Shown here: positions 24,449 to 35,779 of the stretch, in pieces
Numbering within the stretch: the stretch's first letter is position 1
Layout of the letters: the number at the start of each line of letters is the position of its first letter
Assembly (NCBI GenBank): GCA_001600695.1
Contig: BCKQ01000003.1
Location: 904,654 to 968,653 of the forward strand
Length of the DNA stretch: 64,000 bases
Origin: Ascoidea asiatica JCM 7603
Lineage: Eukaryota > Fungi > Ascomycota
Direction: 5' to 3'
Made by a program: the position numbers and the translations under genes
The notes under the pieces: model-generated
Seen by the model: only the letters and a program-made list of their open reading frames with translations
Told to the model about the DNA's origin: nothing
Database searches by the model: none

Positions 24449-26353
24449 CGAATTTAAAGGATATAGTTTTTCCATTTCTTCGTAATATTTATCATGAATT
24501 TTATTAAGTACTTTTTCAAGATTTATTAATTCTTCATCATCATCATATAAAAGCTTTTTAATTGTATTCTTTTTCTCTTTTTCTTCATCATCTTTCTTAT
24601 CTTTTTCCTTTTTTTTATCTTCTTTATCATCTTCTTTATCTTCTTTATTTACTTCTTCTTCTTCTTCTTTTTCTTTTGACATTTTTACTTCTTTTCCAAT
24701 TTTATTTCCATTATTCTTACTTATATCTTTTTCATCATTATTATCTTGATCTCCATTCATTTCAATATTTTCTAAATTTTCTATAGTTTTATTATCATCT
24801 AATCGTTTTTGTAATTGAGCTAAAGGTCTTTCATGTTGTTGAACTTCTAAAGTTGCTGTTCTTTTCAATTCCATTTTTGAAGTTTCTTCATTTAATAATT
24901 TTGATCTTTCATTCATTTTAATATTCTTTTCTCCATTTCCATTTCCAATATCAATATTTTTATTTTTATTTTTATTCTTATTCTTATTCTTAGTTCTAGT
25001 TTCACTGAAAATATCAATTATCAGTTCACTATCATCATTATCATCATTAATAATCTTATCAATACCATTATTATTTTCATTTTTATCACCATTTTCATTA
25101 TGAATGGATTCATCACAATTACCATTAGATACAATTGAAGGTTTTGATGATGAATTTTTCTTTAATTCTAATGCTTTATCTTCTGTATTTTCAATAACTG
25201 TTTTAATTTCTTCATTATAAGCTTCAAGATAATTTTCTTCAATTTCTTCAATTTCTTTTCGTTTTTTTGATGGTCCTAATAATAAACCTTGTTTTGGTAA
25301 AAAATTTGAATTTATATCACCAATTCCAATAAAAAAATCATATGGTATAACTTTTATTAAATTTGGACACCAATCCCAAACATCACCTCTATCATCAATA
25401 ATTATAACCATTGAAGTATCAACAGGAAATAATCTACTTAAAGATTTTTGTAAAATTGATCCACTTTCATCTCTACTTAAAATTCTATCACCAAAAAATT
25501 TTCCATCTGGATCAATAATTTTGGAAATTTCAATTGCATATGATCTTGTTGCCATTGTATAAATATGTAATTCAAAATTTTTACTAATATTTTCTAAAAA
25601 ATTTTTTAAACCTGGTCTTAATTTAACATGATACCAACATTTATTTTGTTTAATTTGTATTGATTGATTATTTATATTTGGATTTGTTGGTAAAAAAACT
25701 CTATCTTCAATTAAACAAAAAGATTTAACATCTTTTAAAGAATTATAATTTGGATTTGTTGGATCATTTTGCCATTTTATTACAGTTGGATCAACAGCTG
25801 TATGAATAATTGTTTGATCTAAATCTACAACTAAAATTAATTTTTTTTGATTTAATAATGATCTCATATTTTGTTTTTCAGATTTTTCTGCTTCATTTAA
25901 TGAAATTTTTATATCATTTGATAAGTGAGATCCAGAAATTTGATTTTGATGAAATTCATCTGTATCTTCAATAATTGCTCCACAAGTTGCACATAAACCA
26001 GCAAATTGAATTGAATGTGTACAAGGTTCTTTAATTTTTGCTATTATAAAACCGGGATTATTAATTTCATCACCATTTTTAATAAATAATTCTTTAACAA
26101 TTCCATCTAATGGAGATTGAAAAGTTCCAATTAAATTTATTTTTCTTTTCGGTCTTTCAATTCTATTTTTTTGAATATCTGATAATATTTGTGATTCTAA
26201 TTCAGAATCAGGTATCTCCTCAAATGAATCATATGAATAATTTAAAATCTCAGCTTCTTTTTTTATATGTTCATTGATGGACATCATTAATTTAGATACC
26301 CTTACTGGAAAATGTGTCCACGATGGTAAAGCTAAAGGAGTTAAATCAGACAT
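23162..26353 (-). CDS. FCP1: RNA polymerase II CTD phosphatase (first ATG at 26353, MSDLTP)
   Basis: EPCTHSIQFAGLCATCG; LVVDLDQTIIH; VKLRPGL; IIDDRGDVW; BRCT domain (VTHIIC...VHPDWI). Confidence 0.95.
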
Positions 26354-27169
26354 ATATATATGTATATATATATATAACTCCAATAATTTTTAAAAAGCAA
26401 TGAGGAACCCACTGAAGTAATATAAAAATAAGCAATATTCTAATTGTCTTTTGATTTTTGATAATCGTTCACTGTTGATATATTTTATAATTGATTAAGA
26501 ATTAGCTAATTTAGTCATAAACAACAGACTGGGAAATAAAAAAGCGTTACTTAATTGAACTTTGATCTAGTTGCTAGTCTTTCTTTATTCAAATATTTAT
26601 AATATATTATAATTTCAATTCGATCTACTGTCTATTCAATTGTTAATTTATTCATCTATTCATTTATTCCTCCATTCATCGATTCCTTCATTTATTTATC
26701 TCTATTTATCTTTTTATTCACTGTTTTCCTCAAATCTGCTCAGCAATCGCTCAAATTCTGGAGATTTCATTAACTCTGCATATATCCGCCATTAATCCGC
26801 ATCCATCACCCGGATGCTTATTTCTCTATTAAAACGTTCCTATCTACTGTACAATCTACAAATAAGAACAAAATAACTAAAAATAAATACCAATATCAAC
26901 ACAGAGATATAATACGTAGAGCACTAGAAATTAATGAAGTAGTTTATCGATCTTCAAAATAATGAAGTTTATTCTCATATCCTGAAGGGGTTCAATTTAC
27001 AAATCCAAGTCAAATCAATTGATCAATTTTGGTTACTACAATTTTTCAGACAAACAAATTGTTAAAGAAAGAAAAGTAATCAAAGAAACTCATTAAATTC
27101 ATAGGTATACAAAAAGTCATCATTATTCTGATTTATTTATATATTGTCAGATCACTTGAAAGATCTCAT

Positions 27170-30100
27170 TTAAGAACTTAATATTTTGATCTTCGCTTCA
27201 AGTTTATTTCTATTTTTTAAAAATAAACTTTCAAAGTTTTCACATTTTTCAAATATCTCATTAATGACCCTTAATTTTGTAATTTTTATATTATCTCGGT
27301 TAAATATAACTTTAGCATTAATACTCTTATTGAGCTCAATTATTTTCTCAAAATTAATTTCTTTCATGCCATCAACAGTCTCATAATTATTAAACATGTC
27401 TATTCCTATTTTCAACTCAATCTTCATCATAAGTGTTTGATTTTTTGAATTTATACCCATTTTAATATTCAATAATTTTGAAGTTTGATCAATTTCAATT
27501 TTCAATGGAACTTTCAAACTCAACTTAAAAATATTTTTATCTAAAATCATCAAAGATTTCAAAATTAATATAAAATTTTTCATATATTCTAAGCAGCTTT
27601 TACTTTTTTTCAATTTTTCAATTTCTGAAAAATACTTTTTAAAATAATCAAATAAAATTCCCTTTTTTATCCCAAATCCAAATTCCCCGTCATATTTCAA
27701 GTTTAGATCATCACTAAATCTAATTTTAATATTTTCAATAGTTTTAGGTTTTTTGAAATTATATGAAAAATTGATAATCTTCTCATTATCCGATTTATAA
27801 ATAAAATCATCTTTTCTGAATAACAATATCCCAAATTCTACTTCTTTCGATTCACTATTCAAAGTTAAGAGTTTTACACCACTAGATTTAACAAGAGAAT
27901 TTATCTTATCTTTATTTTTTTTTCTCTCTTCTGGTCTTACATTCTTTTTTATCTCTAAAAGTTTTTCATTTTCTTTTAAATCTCTCTCTAGATTGATTAG
28001 TTCATTTTTCTTTCTTTCAATTTCTTTATTTCTTTCTTCAATATCTTTCTCATATTCTTCTATTTTTGATTGCATTGAGTTCATTTCTAGGCAAGTATTT
28101 ACTAATTCTTTTTTCAAAGAAAGTAAATTTTTTTCTTCATTTTCGTTTAATATTCCTTCCTTAAAAAGAATTACAACCAATTCATTATTTATTCTTTTAT
28201 TCTCCTTAACAAGAGCTGCGTTTTGTTTTTCCAAATCATTCAATGTTTTAATTAAAAGTTTTTCATCCTTTACTAATTTTCCTAAATGTTCTTCGAGTAA
28301 TCTTAAAAGTCCATCTATTAATTGAGATTTCCATTCATACCATATTCCCTTTGCTTCTAAATTTGAATAGCTTTTGGCTATTTTAAATTGTTCTTTTAAT
28401 TTTTTTTTAATTGATGAATTTGAAGTAAAAAAATCTCTAATTACTTGAGGATTATTTTGTATAACTTCTTCGGATAATGTTTCATAATCAGTACATCCTT
28501 CGGAAATATATTTCTTCAATTCCCTACAACCAAATTCATACAACTCTAAAATAGGTAATTGTTCAATTGCTTTATTATAATCTAATAAAGTAGGATTTTC
28601 CATTCCATTTTCTTCCTCTAGTAAAATTGTTTTAGATTCAATTTGTAAATCATCATAAAATTGTATGTCTATAGCTTCGAGAAATTGTTTTATTGAAACT
28701 GGTGAATAATATTGATCGGATATATCTCCAAGACTATCCTCTTCTGGAATTGGTTCTAAGTTTTGATTTGCAATTAAACTCATAGAATCTAAATCTTTGG
28801 AAATTATACTTGGATTCAGTTTCTCAATGTTTTCCAAACCATTAACAATGTTAGGGCCTGAAGTTTCAGGTTCTAAATTTTTTGAACTTTCTAAAATTTC
28901 TTTTTCTATATCTTTATTATTTTCAAATGAGGAAAGTCTGTCTGAAGTTGAATTTGTAATTTCATTGATTTGAATTTGTGTAGTTGTAGGAGTATGTACT
29001 TTTATTGGAGATATTGATCTTCTTTTAGGAGGATTTTCTTTCAATGTAATTGATTTTATTAAAGGCAGAGATTTCCTTTTACCATTTGAAGATTTTCTAA
29101 TTGGAGAATTGAAAGGCGATGCTAGTGGAGGAGAATTCACAGGACCTGAGACTGTTAAACGTCTTGAAGGAGATTTGTTTTTTACCGGAGGACCAAGCCA
29201 TTTGGAAGGAGATTTCAATATAGATTTTAAAGGAGATGAAAATCTAGTATTAACTTGAGATTGATCAGAAACTACTACTTCTCTTGAAACTGTTGATACT
29301 TTCGATATTATCGGACTAATTTTGGAGTTCTGACCAATAGTATTAGTCTCTGTATTTTGAGTTTTCATTTCTGGTGATTTTAACTGAGAAGAAATTTCCA
29401 AAGGAACATTTAGAGGCCCTGTTCCAACTCCCAATTCTGCTTTGCCTAGTATTAAAGTGGGTAAAGTATTTGAGGAGTTATCAGGTGAAAAATTTGATTC
29501 AGATAAAATTGGTTCTTGATGTATCAAAGATTGGTTCTGCTCATCAATATTTGCTTCTGATACATGCAATGATTTGACTTGGTTTTCGGGAATATTATCA
29601 TTAAGATTTTTTTCAGAATCACCTGTCTCAATTAAAGAACTTACATTAGTTTTTCTTAAATTACTAAATTTGTCTTTTTCAATATTGGAAACATTTTTGA
29701 ATACAATCTCAGCAGATTTTTCTGAAAGTTCAGGAGAAGATTTCAGAGTTATTTCTCCCAAATTTTTTGTGATATTAATTGTTTGTTCATCATCAGTTAT
29801 ATCATCACCATCAATATAATCTTTTTCCTTAGAAGTTTCTTCCAATGAATTTTCTATAGCACTCTTATTCAAAGGTTCAGAATTGGAAATTGTGATTTGT
29901 TTTTTAGTTTCTTGAATGGTACTTAACTGTTTTGTCACCTCCATAGTCATTTCCTCATCAGAGCTTACCTCATTATTTGAAACTGATTCAATCTGATCAT
30001 TATATATTTTCCTAATTTTACCCAAATCCTTTGTTACATCCATTGTCATTTCTTCTGCAGATTCAAAAGATTCATCATCACTAGCCTCTATGTCATTATT

Positions 30101-31966
30101 TGATATTTTATTATTTGGAAATGTCAATAAGTTAGAGCCGTGTAAAGATTCTCTAATATTCTGAATTTGTTTAGTAAGTTCCATAGTTTGCTCCTCATCA
30201 TCATTTTTCTTTTCTTGAAGATCACCATTGTGAGAATTATATATACCAGTATTATCAGCTAAAGCCATTTGAATTTTATTCCTTATATTTCCCAAGTCTT
30301 TGGTGATTTCCATAGTCATTTCTGTTTGATTTTCATCTTCTTCTTCAATTACAGAAGGTATTCGTAGACGATTTATTTGTTGTAATTTTGTGAGTTCCAT
30401 TGTTTGTTCTTCTTCCAAAGAAGTGTCAGAATCATTAGCAATTTCATTTTTTTTATTAATTTCTCCCATTTTTATATTTTCATTGAGTTTTTGCGGTATT
30501 TTCAATTCTTTTATTAAACCTAAATTTTTTGTGATTTCCATTGTTGTTTCAGTCTGAGCTTCTTCATAATTATTTGAATTTAAATTATGAGAAGTTAAAT
30601 CCATTGTAATTTCCATATTTTCAGTCTCTTCATTTTCATCATTAGATTTTGACTTTATTTGTATATTATTTGTAACATCCATTGTGATTTCCATATTTTC
30701 AGTTTCTTCTTCATTTTCATTTAATTTGGTCTGAGTATTATTTGTTAAATCCATTGTTAACTCAGTATTGTTTAATGTTGAATTAAAGTCTGAAGTGAAT
30801 TCTTTTTCATTATAATTATGAATTATCTCTTCATTGATTTTCTCTTTTGATTTTTTCAAATCTCGTTCACTGTTAATATTTTCAGAAATATTATTTTCAT
30901 TGTCATCTTCTTGAGTAAATTTCAATGGTGAAAAATTAATTAAAGATGGTTTTTCAAAGTTTAATTCGTTTGTAGAATTCTCTAAATATTCATTATTGGA
31001 AGAATTTTCTTTCTCTTTTTCTTTTTCGTTTTCGTTTTCGTTTTCGTTTTCACCTTCACTTTCCGAAGAAACTTCATTATCAGAGAATACTATACTTGAT
31101 TGATTTTTATTTGATCTCATTTTTGAAATTAAATCACTAATTTCTTTAGTTAAATCTTTTCTTAAAATACCATCATCTTCATCTTTTTTATTCACAGATT
31201 GACCTGATAAGAAAGATGAATCAGTATTTACTAAAGATGAAACAATACTTGTTATTTCTTCTTGAGTTATATCATCATTACTAATATCAAAACTAGTGGA
31301 AATTCTTCTATTTGATTTGTTTTTTGAAGGAAGTTTAGGCATTTTAGCAGAACTAATATTTTCATTTGAATCATTTTTCTGATTATTTCTACTGGATAAA
31401 TTATTTAAATTTGAAAAGATATTTTGAATGGTACTTGAAGTTTCAGTATCATTATCAGTATCATGATCATGATCGGCATCATGGTCACTAGAACTAGAGA
31501 TTTGATTTAATCTATTATGAATATCATCATTGTCACTTAAAATATTACTACTAGTATTACTACTAATACTATCTGATCTTAATGGAATAAAATCAAACTT
31601 ATGCATAGTAACCTCAGGAGCAAAACTAACTCTTCTTTTGAGCTTTTCTTTGAAAGAAATTATTGTAGTATTATTTTTTTCAGGTGATAGATTCAGGCTT
31701 AAACTATCTTGATTCAAAACTTGTTTTTCCATTATTGCAATTGTATGATTATCTTTATCTAAAATATCATTAAAAGATTTTTCTGCTGGGTCATTTATTG
31801 AAGTAAAATTGATAGAATTTGTTGAAGATTTTAAAATTCCTTTAGTTGGAGCTGGAGCTAAAGAATATCTTCTTTTTCTCGACAGTTTTTTAATAGTGGA
31901 AGCATTATATTCTGAATATCTTCTTTTATTGGGTATTACATTTTCTTTATCGAAATTCATTTTCAA
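27170..31966 (-). CDS. SPC105: Kinetochore scaffold Spc105/KNL1
   Basis: GILK and RRVSF PP1-docking motifs, 11 MELT-like repeats, Spc7 domain (AKGIWYEWKSQL), coiled coil. Confidence 0.92.
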   Translation of the reverse strand: MKMNFDKENVIPNKRRYSEYNASTIKKLSRKRRYSLAPAPTKGILKSSTNSINFTSINDPAEKSFNDILDKDNHTIAIMEKQVLNQDSLSLNLSPEKNNTTIISFKEKLKRRVSFAPEVTMHKFDFIPLRSDSISSNTSSNILSDNDDIHNRLNQISSSSDHDADHDHDTDNDTETSSTIQNIFSNLNNLSSRNNQKNDSNENISSAKMPKLPSKNKSNRRISTSFDISNDDITQEEITSIVSSLVNTDSSFLSGQSVNKKDEDDGILRKDLTKEISDLISKMRSNKNQSSIVFSDNEVSSESEGENENENENEKEKEKENSSNNEYLENSTNELNFEKPSLINFSPLKFTQEDDNENNISENINSERDLKKSKEKINEEIIHNYNEKEFTSDFNSTLNNTELTMDLTNNTQTKLNENEEETENMEITMDVTNNIQIKSKSNDENEETENMEITMDLTSHNLNSNNYEEAQTETTMEITKNLGLIKELKIPQKLNENIKMGEINKKNEIANDSDTSLEEEQTMELTKLQQINRLRIPSVIEEEDENQTEMTMEITKDLGNIRNKIQMALADNTGIYNSHNGDLQEKKNDDEEQTMELTKQIQNIRESLHGSNLLTFPNNKISNNDIEASDDESFESAEEMTMDVTKDLGKIRKIYNDQIESVSNNEVSSDEEMTMEVTKQLSTIQETKKQITISNSEPLNKSAIENSLEETSKEKDYIDGDDITDDEQTINITKNLGEITLKSSPELSEKSAEIVFKNVSNIEKDKFSNLRKTNVSSLIETGDSEKNLNDNIPENQVKSLHVSEANIDEQNQSLIHQEPILSESNFSPDNSSNTLPTLILGKAELGVGTGPLNVPLEISSQLKSPEMKTQNTETNTIGQNSKISPIISKVSTVSREVVVSDQSQVNTRFSSPLKSILKSPSKWLGPPVKNKSPSRRLTVSGPVNSPPLASPFNSPIRKSSNGKRKSLPLIKSITLKENPPKRRSISPIKVHTPTTTQIQINEITNSTSDRLSSFENNKDIEKEILESSKNLEPETSGPNIVNGLENIEKLNPSIISKDLDSMSLIANQNLEPIPEEDSLGDISDQYYSPVSIKQFLEAIDIQFYDDLQIESKTILLEEENGMENPTLLDYNKAIEQLPILELYEFGCRELKKYISEGCTDYETLSEEVIQNNPQVIRDFFTSNSSIKKKLKEQFKIAKSYSNLEAKGIWYEWKSQLIDGLLRLLEEHLGKLVKDEKLLIKTLNDLEKQNAALVKENKRINNELVVILFKEGILNENEEKNLLSLKKELVNTCLEMNSMQSKIEEYEKDIEERNKEIERKKNELINLERDLKENEKLLEIKKNVRPEERKKNKDKINSLVKSSGVKLLTLNSESKEVEFGILLFRKDDFIYKSDNEKIINFSYNFKKPKTIENIKIRFSDDLNLKYDGEFGFGIKKGILFDYFKKYFSEIEKLKKSKSCLEYMKNFILILKSLMILDKNIFKLSLKVPLKIEIDQTSKLLNIKMGINSKNQTLMMKIELKIGIDMFNNYETVDGMKEINFEKIIELNKSINAKVIFNRDNIKITKLRVINEIFEKCENFESLFLKNRNKLEAKIKILSS

Positions 31967-32228
31967 TTATAGAATAAATTTTATGATTTGAAAAATAGTT
32001 TTCTCTCTTGATACAGTTTATTAAGCGATTGAAATTCTAATATTATTGAAGCGAATGAGTGTTATTAAATATTAGTTATAATTACTATTGATATAAAAAT
32101 TATCAATATAAAACTCTATTAGATCAATTGTAAATTCTCATATCACTCCTAATATATTTGATCTTTTGATGATTTCAGATCAAAAACCAGATTTATTTCT
32201 GAATGTTTTGTATTTATTGAATTATTGT

Positions 32229-32254
32229 GTAAACAAACGAAATTTGTAAACAAA
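32229..32254. promoter_or_regulatory. Two tandem forkhead (Fkh/Hcm1-type) sites upstream of SPC105
   Basis: GTAAACAAA at 32229 and 32246. Confidence 0.6.
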
Positions 32255-32370
32255 CCGAAAGTTCGAAGGTCCGTGGTTTTGGATCCGTGCTGCTGGATCT
32301 GAGCTTAGCTGTTAAGTAAGGCCGGGTGATGCCATAGAAGGATAATAGATAAAATAATATTTTTTGTATT

Positions 32371-33513
32371 TCAATTCACTTCTTCTTCTTCTTCTTTTTT
32401 TACTGTTGAATGTTCTTTTTTCCATTTATTTACAAGTTTTTTATCAACACTTGAACAAAGTCCTTGATAATTTTCATTGATTCCAAAGATACATGAATTA
32501 CATTTCTTACCTCTTGAACCACAAATTGATTGTCCAAATCCAACTAATAAGAAATTAATTTCTTCCCATCGATCTTTTGGTAACCATTTTTCTAATTGCA
32601 TTCTTGTATCTTCTGGATTTTTTGATTTTACCCAATTCCATTGATTTGATAATCTATGTACATGAACATCAACCCCAATTCCAGTTACTATACCCCAAGC
32701 ATGTTGTAATAAAAGAAACCCCATTTTCGGGCCAACTCCAGGTAATGCTTTTAGTTCTTCTATAGTTTTTGGAATATCTCCATTATGTTCATTGATTATA
32801 ATATTACATGTTCTTTTGATAAATGAAGCTTTTCTTTTATGAAATCCAACTTGGAAAATTAATTCATTAAGTTTTTCTTCTTCTATATTTGAAATTGAAT
32901 TAGTAGTAATACCTTCAGGAAGAAGAAAATTTGTTAGTTTTTTCATTGCTTGAAAATTTATTTCATCTTTTGTTTGAGATGAAAGCATTAAAGAAATTAA
33001 AGTTTGAAATCTTTGAATCTTTGGTGTTAATTTATATTCTGAATATTCTTTTGATAAAGTTATTGGAATCATTCCACAACCCATAGTATCAACTGGAGTA
33101 ATTATTTGAGATCTTTGAATTTTTATAGCTTCATACATTTTCTCAAAATTTTTCGGTATTTTAGGTATAGCATTTTCAATTTCAACTTTTAAATGATTTA
33201 TTTTTCTCTTTTTATTTTTTTTAACCAATTTAATATTTTCGTCAGTATTCTCTTCAATTTTTATATTTTCTTCAATTTTAGTTGTGATATTCTCATTGGA
33301 ATCAATGATTTTTCTTTTATTACTTTTGGGTATTATTTTTTCATTTACTTCTGGTTTTATATTAAAATTATACTCATTTTCTTCATTCTTTATGATAGTT
33401 TTCATTATAGCTTTCACATTTTTATTACCTGTGTTATTTGCAAAATATTTCGACAGAATCTTTGAAGAATTTGCAATTCTAGTGGATTTTCTTAGTATTA
33501 TATCCTTTACCAT
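32371..33513 (-). CDS. NTG1: Endonuclease III-like DNA glycosylase/AP lyase (Ntg/Nth1)
   Basis: LMLSSQTKDE, HhH motif LPGVGPKMG, GIGVDVHVHRL, C-terminal Cys cluster. Confidence 0.93.
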   Translation of the reverse strand: MVKDIILRKSTRIANSSKILSKYFANNTGNKNVKAIMKTIIKNEENEYNFNIKPEVNEKIIPKSNKRKIIDSNENITTKIEENIKIEENTDENIKLVKKNKKRKINHLKVEIENAIPKIPKNFEKMYEAIKIQRSQIITPVDTMGCGMIPITLSKEYSEYKLTPKIQRFQTLISLMLSSQTKDEINFQAMKKLTNFLLPEGITTNSISNIEEEKLNELIFQVGFHKRKASFIKRTCNIIINEHNGDIPKTIEELKALPGVGPKMGFLLLQHAWGIVTGIGVDVHVHRLSNQWNWVKSKNPEDTRMQLEKWLPKDRWEEINFLLVGFGQSICGSRGKKCNSCIFGINENYQGLCSSVDKKLVNKWKKEHSTVKKEEEEEVN

Positions 33514-33867
33514 TATATTCTTTTATTGATATATTTTGTATAAATCTTGATCTAATTTATTAAAAAATATTAATCAAAAGTATTTCTATAATAAATATAT
33601 AAAATAAATGGCTATAAAGTACCGATATTTTATTAAGAGTTTTTCAGCTTGGAGCCCTAAATAGCCATTTTTCAATTAACATTAGTTTAACTTTATTTGA
33701 AAGAATATCCGTATCTTACTAAAGAAAATTTGGGAAAATCAAAAAAATGTAAATATTTCAAAAAAATTAGATAAACCAATTATTGAATTTAAAATTTGAA
33801 AATAATCAAGAAATTACTAAAATTTTTTTAAATCTTTTGAAAGTGAATAGTCAAAGAAACTTAATCA

Positions 33868-35301
33868 ATGGTTATTTTAGATAATGAGGATAATCTCATC
33901 AATACCTTAAGCAAAAGAACATCAATATTATTTAAAGAAAATGAAGAATTATCATCATTTATACCTTCAATTGATAAAGAATCTTATAAATTATATAAAG
34001 CTTCAAAATTAAAAACAAGTTATGGATTTAAAAGAAAACCAATTATCAAAAAAATTGATAAAGATGAATTATTAAATGGTAATTTAAAAACCGAAAAAAT
34101 TTCAAAAGAGTTAATTAAAACATCAAAATTAGATGAAAAAACTTTAAATTTAAAAGAGACTTATGATATTATAAAAAAAGATAGAACAGATTCTTTGAAA
34201 CGTAGCTTAGAAAAACTTATTGATGATGATGATGATGATAATAATCCTCGGGATAATAACGATTATGATGGTCAGGAGTATAAGGAAGAAAAAGATCAAC
34301 CTAATTTAACAGATGATGAAATGATTTTCAGTGTTTCGGAATTAGTTAAAAGACAAAAAGTTAATATAAGACCAAAAGCTGAAAAACATGATGAATGGAA
34401 ATTACTTAGTGTTATTGTTGGACATACAGGATGGGTTAGATCTTTAGCTGTTGAACCAGATAATCAATGGTTTGCATCAGGATCTGTTGATTCTACAATA
34501 AAAATATGGGATTTAGCTTCAAGAACATTAAAATTAACATTAACAGGACATATTATGGCAGTTAGAGATATAATTATTTCAAATCGTCATTCATATATGT
34601 TTTCATGTTCTGAAGATAAAACTGTTAAATGTTGGGATTTAGAAAGTAATAAAGTTATAAGAAATTATCATGGTCATCTTTCTGCAGTTTATACAATGGA
34701 TTTACATCCTTCTATAGATATAATTGCAACTGGTGGTAGAGATTCAACTGTTAGAGTTTGGGATATTAGAACAAGAATTCCAATTTTTACATTAACTGGT
34801 CATGGAAGTAATATAAGTAATATAAAATTTCGAGATTCAAAACCAGAACTTATTTCAACATCATTAGATGGTACTGCCAAATTCTGGGATCTCAGAACTG
34901 GACAAAATTTAGAAACTCTAACATATCATACCAAGAGTATAAGAGGATTAGCAATCAATCCCAAAGATAATACATTTGTGACAGCATCTCCATATGAAAT
35001 TAAACAATTTGGCCTCCCAGAAGGTAGATTTATCAAAGACTTTATTCCCAATAACCAAGGAATCATCAATACATTATCAGTCAATGACGATGGAGTATTA
35101 TTCAGCGGTGGCGATAATGGATCTCTCTCATTTTATGACTGGAAAAGTGGCACTCAGTTCCAGCAGATGATGACAACACAAATGCCTGGGTCCATTGAGG
35201 CTGAAAGTGGAATTCTCACCTCGTGTTTTGACCAAACTGGCTTGAGATTGATCACCGGCGAGGCTGACAAAACAATCAAAATATGGGGGCCTTCGCTTTA
35301 A
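33868..35301 (+). CDS. PRP46: Pre-mRNA splicing factor Prp46/PLRG1 (WD40)
   Basis: [62 protein letters not shown]. Confidence 0.96.
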   Translation: MVILDNEDNLINTLSKRTSILFKENEELSSFIPSIDKESYKLYKASKLKTSYGFKRKPIIKKIDKDELLNGNLKTEKISKELIKTSKLDEKTLNLKETYDIIKKDRTDSLKRSLEKLIDDDDDDNNPRDNNDYDGQEYKEEKDQPNLTDDEMIFSVSELVKRQKVNIRPKAEKHDEWKLLSVIVGHTGWVRSLAVEPDNQWFASGSVDSTIKIWDLASRTLKLTLTGHIMAVRDIIISNRHSYMFSCSEDKTVKCWDLESNKVIRNYHGHLSAVYTMDLHPSIDIIATGGRDSTVRVWDIRTRIPIFTLTGHGSNISNIKFRDSKPELISTSLDGTAKFWDLRTGQNLETLTYHTKSIRGLAINPKDNTFVTASPYEIKQFGLPEGRFIKDFIPNNQGIINTLSVNDDGVLFSGGDNGSLSFYDWKSGTQFQQMMTTQMPGSIEAESGILTSCFDQTGLRLITGEADKTIKIWGPSL

Positions 35302-35388
35302 GACCCAGATCCGGAAGCAGACCCATCAAAAACTGTTGCCACAACTGCCACAACTGCCATACCATCCTCAACTTCTGGTCCCGGTGCC

Positions 35389-35538
35389 TTTTGTGTTCTC
35401 GCTCAGTTGTCAGGCTCTTTGGCTTCTGATATCATTTTCCTCTTTCTTTTCCTTTTACTTTTCCTTTTACTTTTCCATCTTCAGCTTCTTTCAATCAGTT
35501 GACTAAACGCCTGCTGTTTAAAGAAAATGTTAACCGCC
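35389..35538. promoter_or_regulatory. Meiotic promoter elements upstream of the SSP2-like gene: MSE core and URS1-like site
   Basis: TTTTGTG at 35389 (reverse complement CACAAAA, Ndt80/Sum1 MSE core); TAACCGCC at 35531 is one mismatch from URS1 TAGCCGCC. Confidence 0.45.
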
Positions 35539-35779
35539 AATATCAGTAACTAAGGTTAAAGTGGTATACTTAATTATTTCTTTACTTCTTTTTATCTATA
35601 TACCTTCAAAGCTAATATTCTTCCAAATTTTTTTTTTTAATCAAGTTACAAGGAAAATGATATGAATGATTATAATTTATGATAGTAACCATATTAATTG
35701 CTATATATATATAAAAAAAAAAAATTTGTTGATTGTTGTTAACTCCTCTTTCTTTTAGCTTTATTTTTAAGTCTTTGCT

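Noticed and set aside
27045-27125. Minus-strand ATGATGA...CTGA pair resembling a C/D snoRNA
   Set aside because: No recognisable rRNA-complementary guide; lies in the SPC105 3' UTR and such words are frequent at this composition
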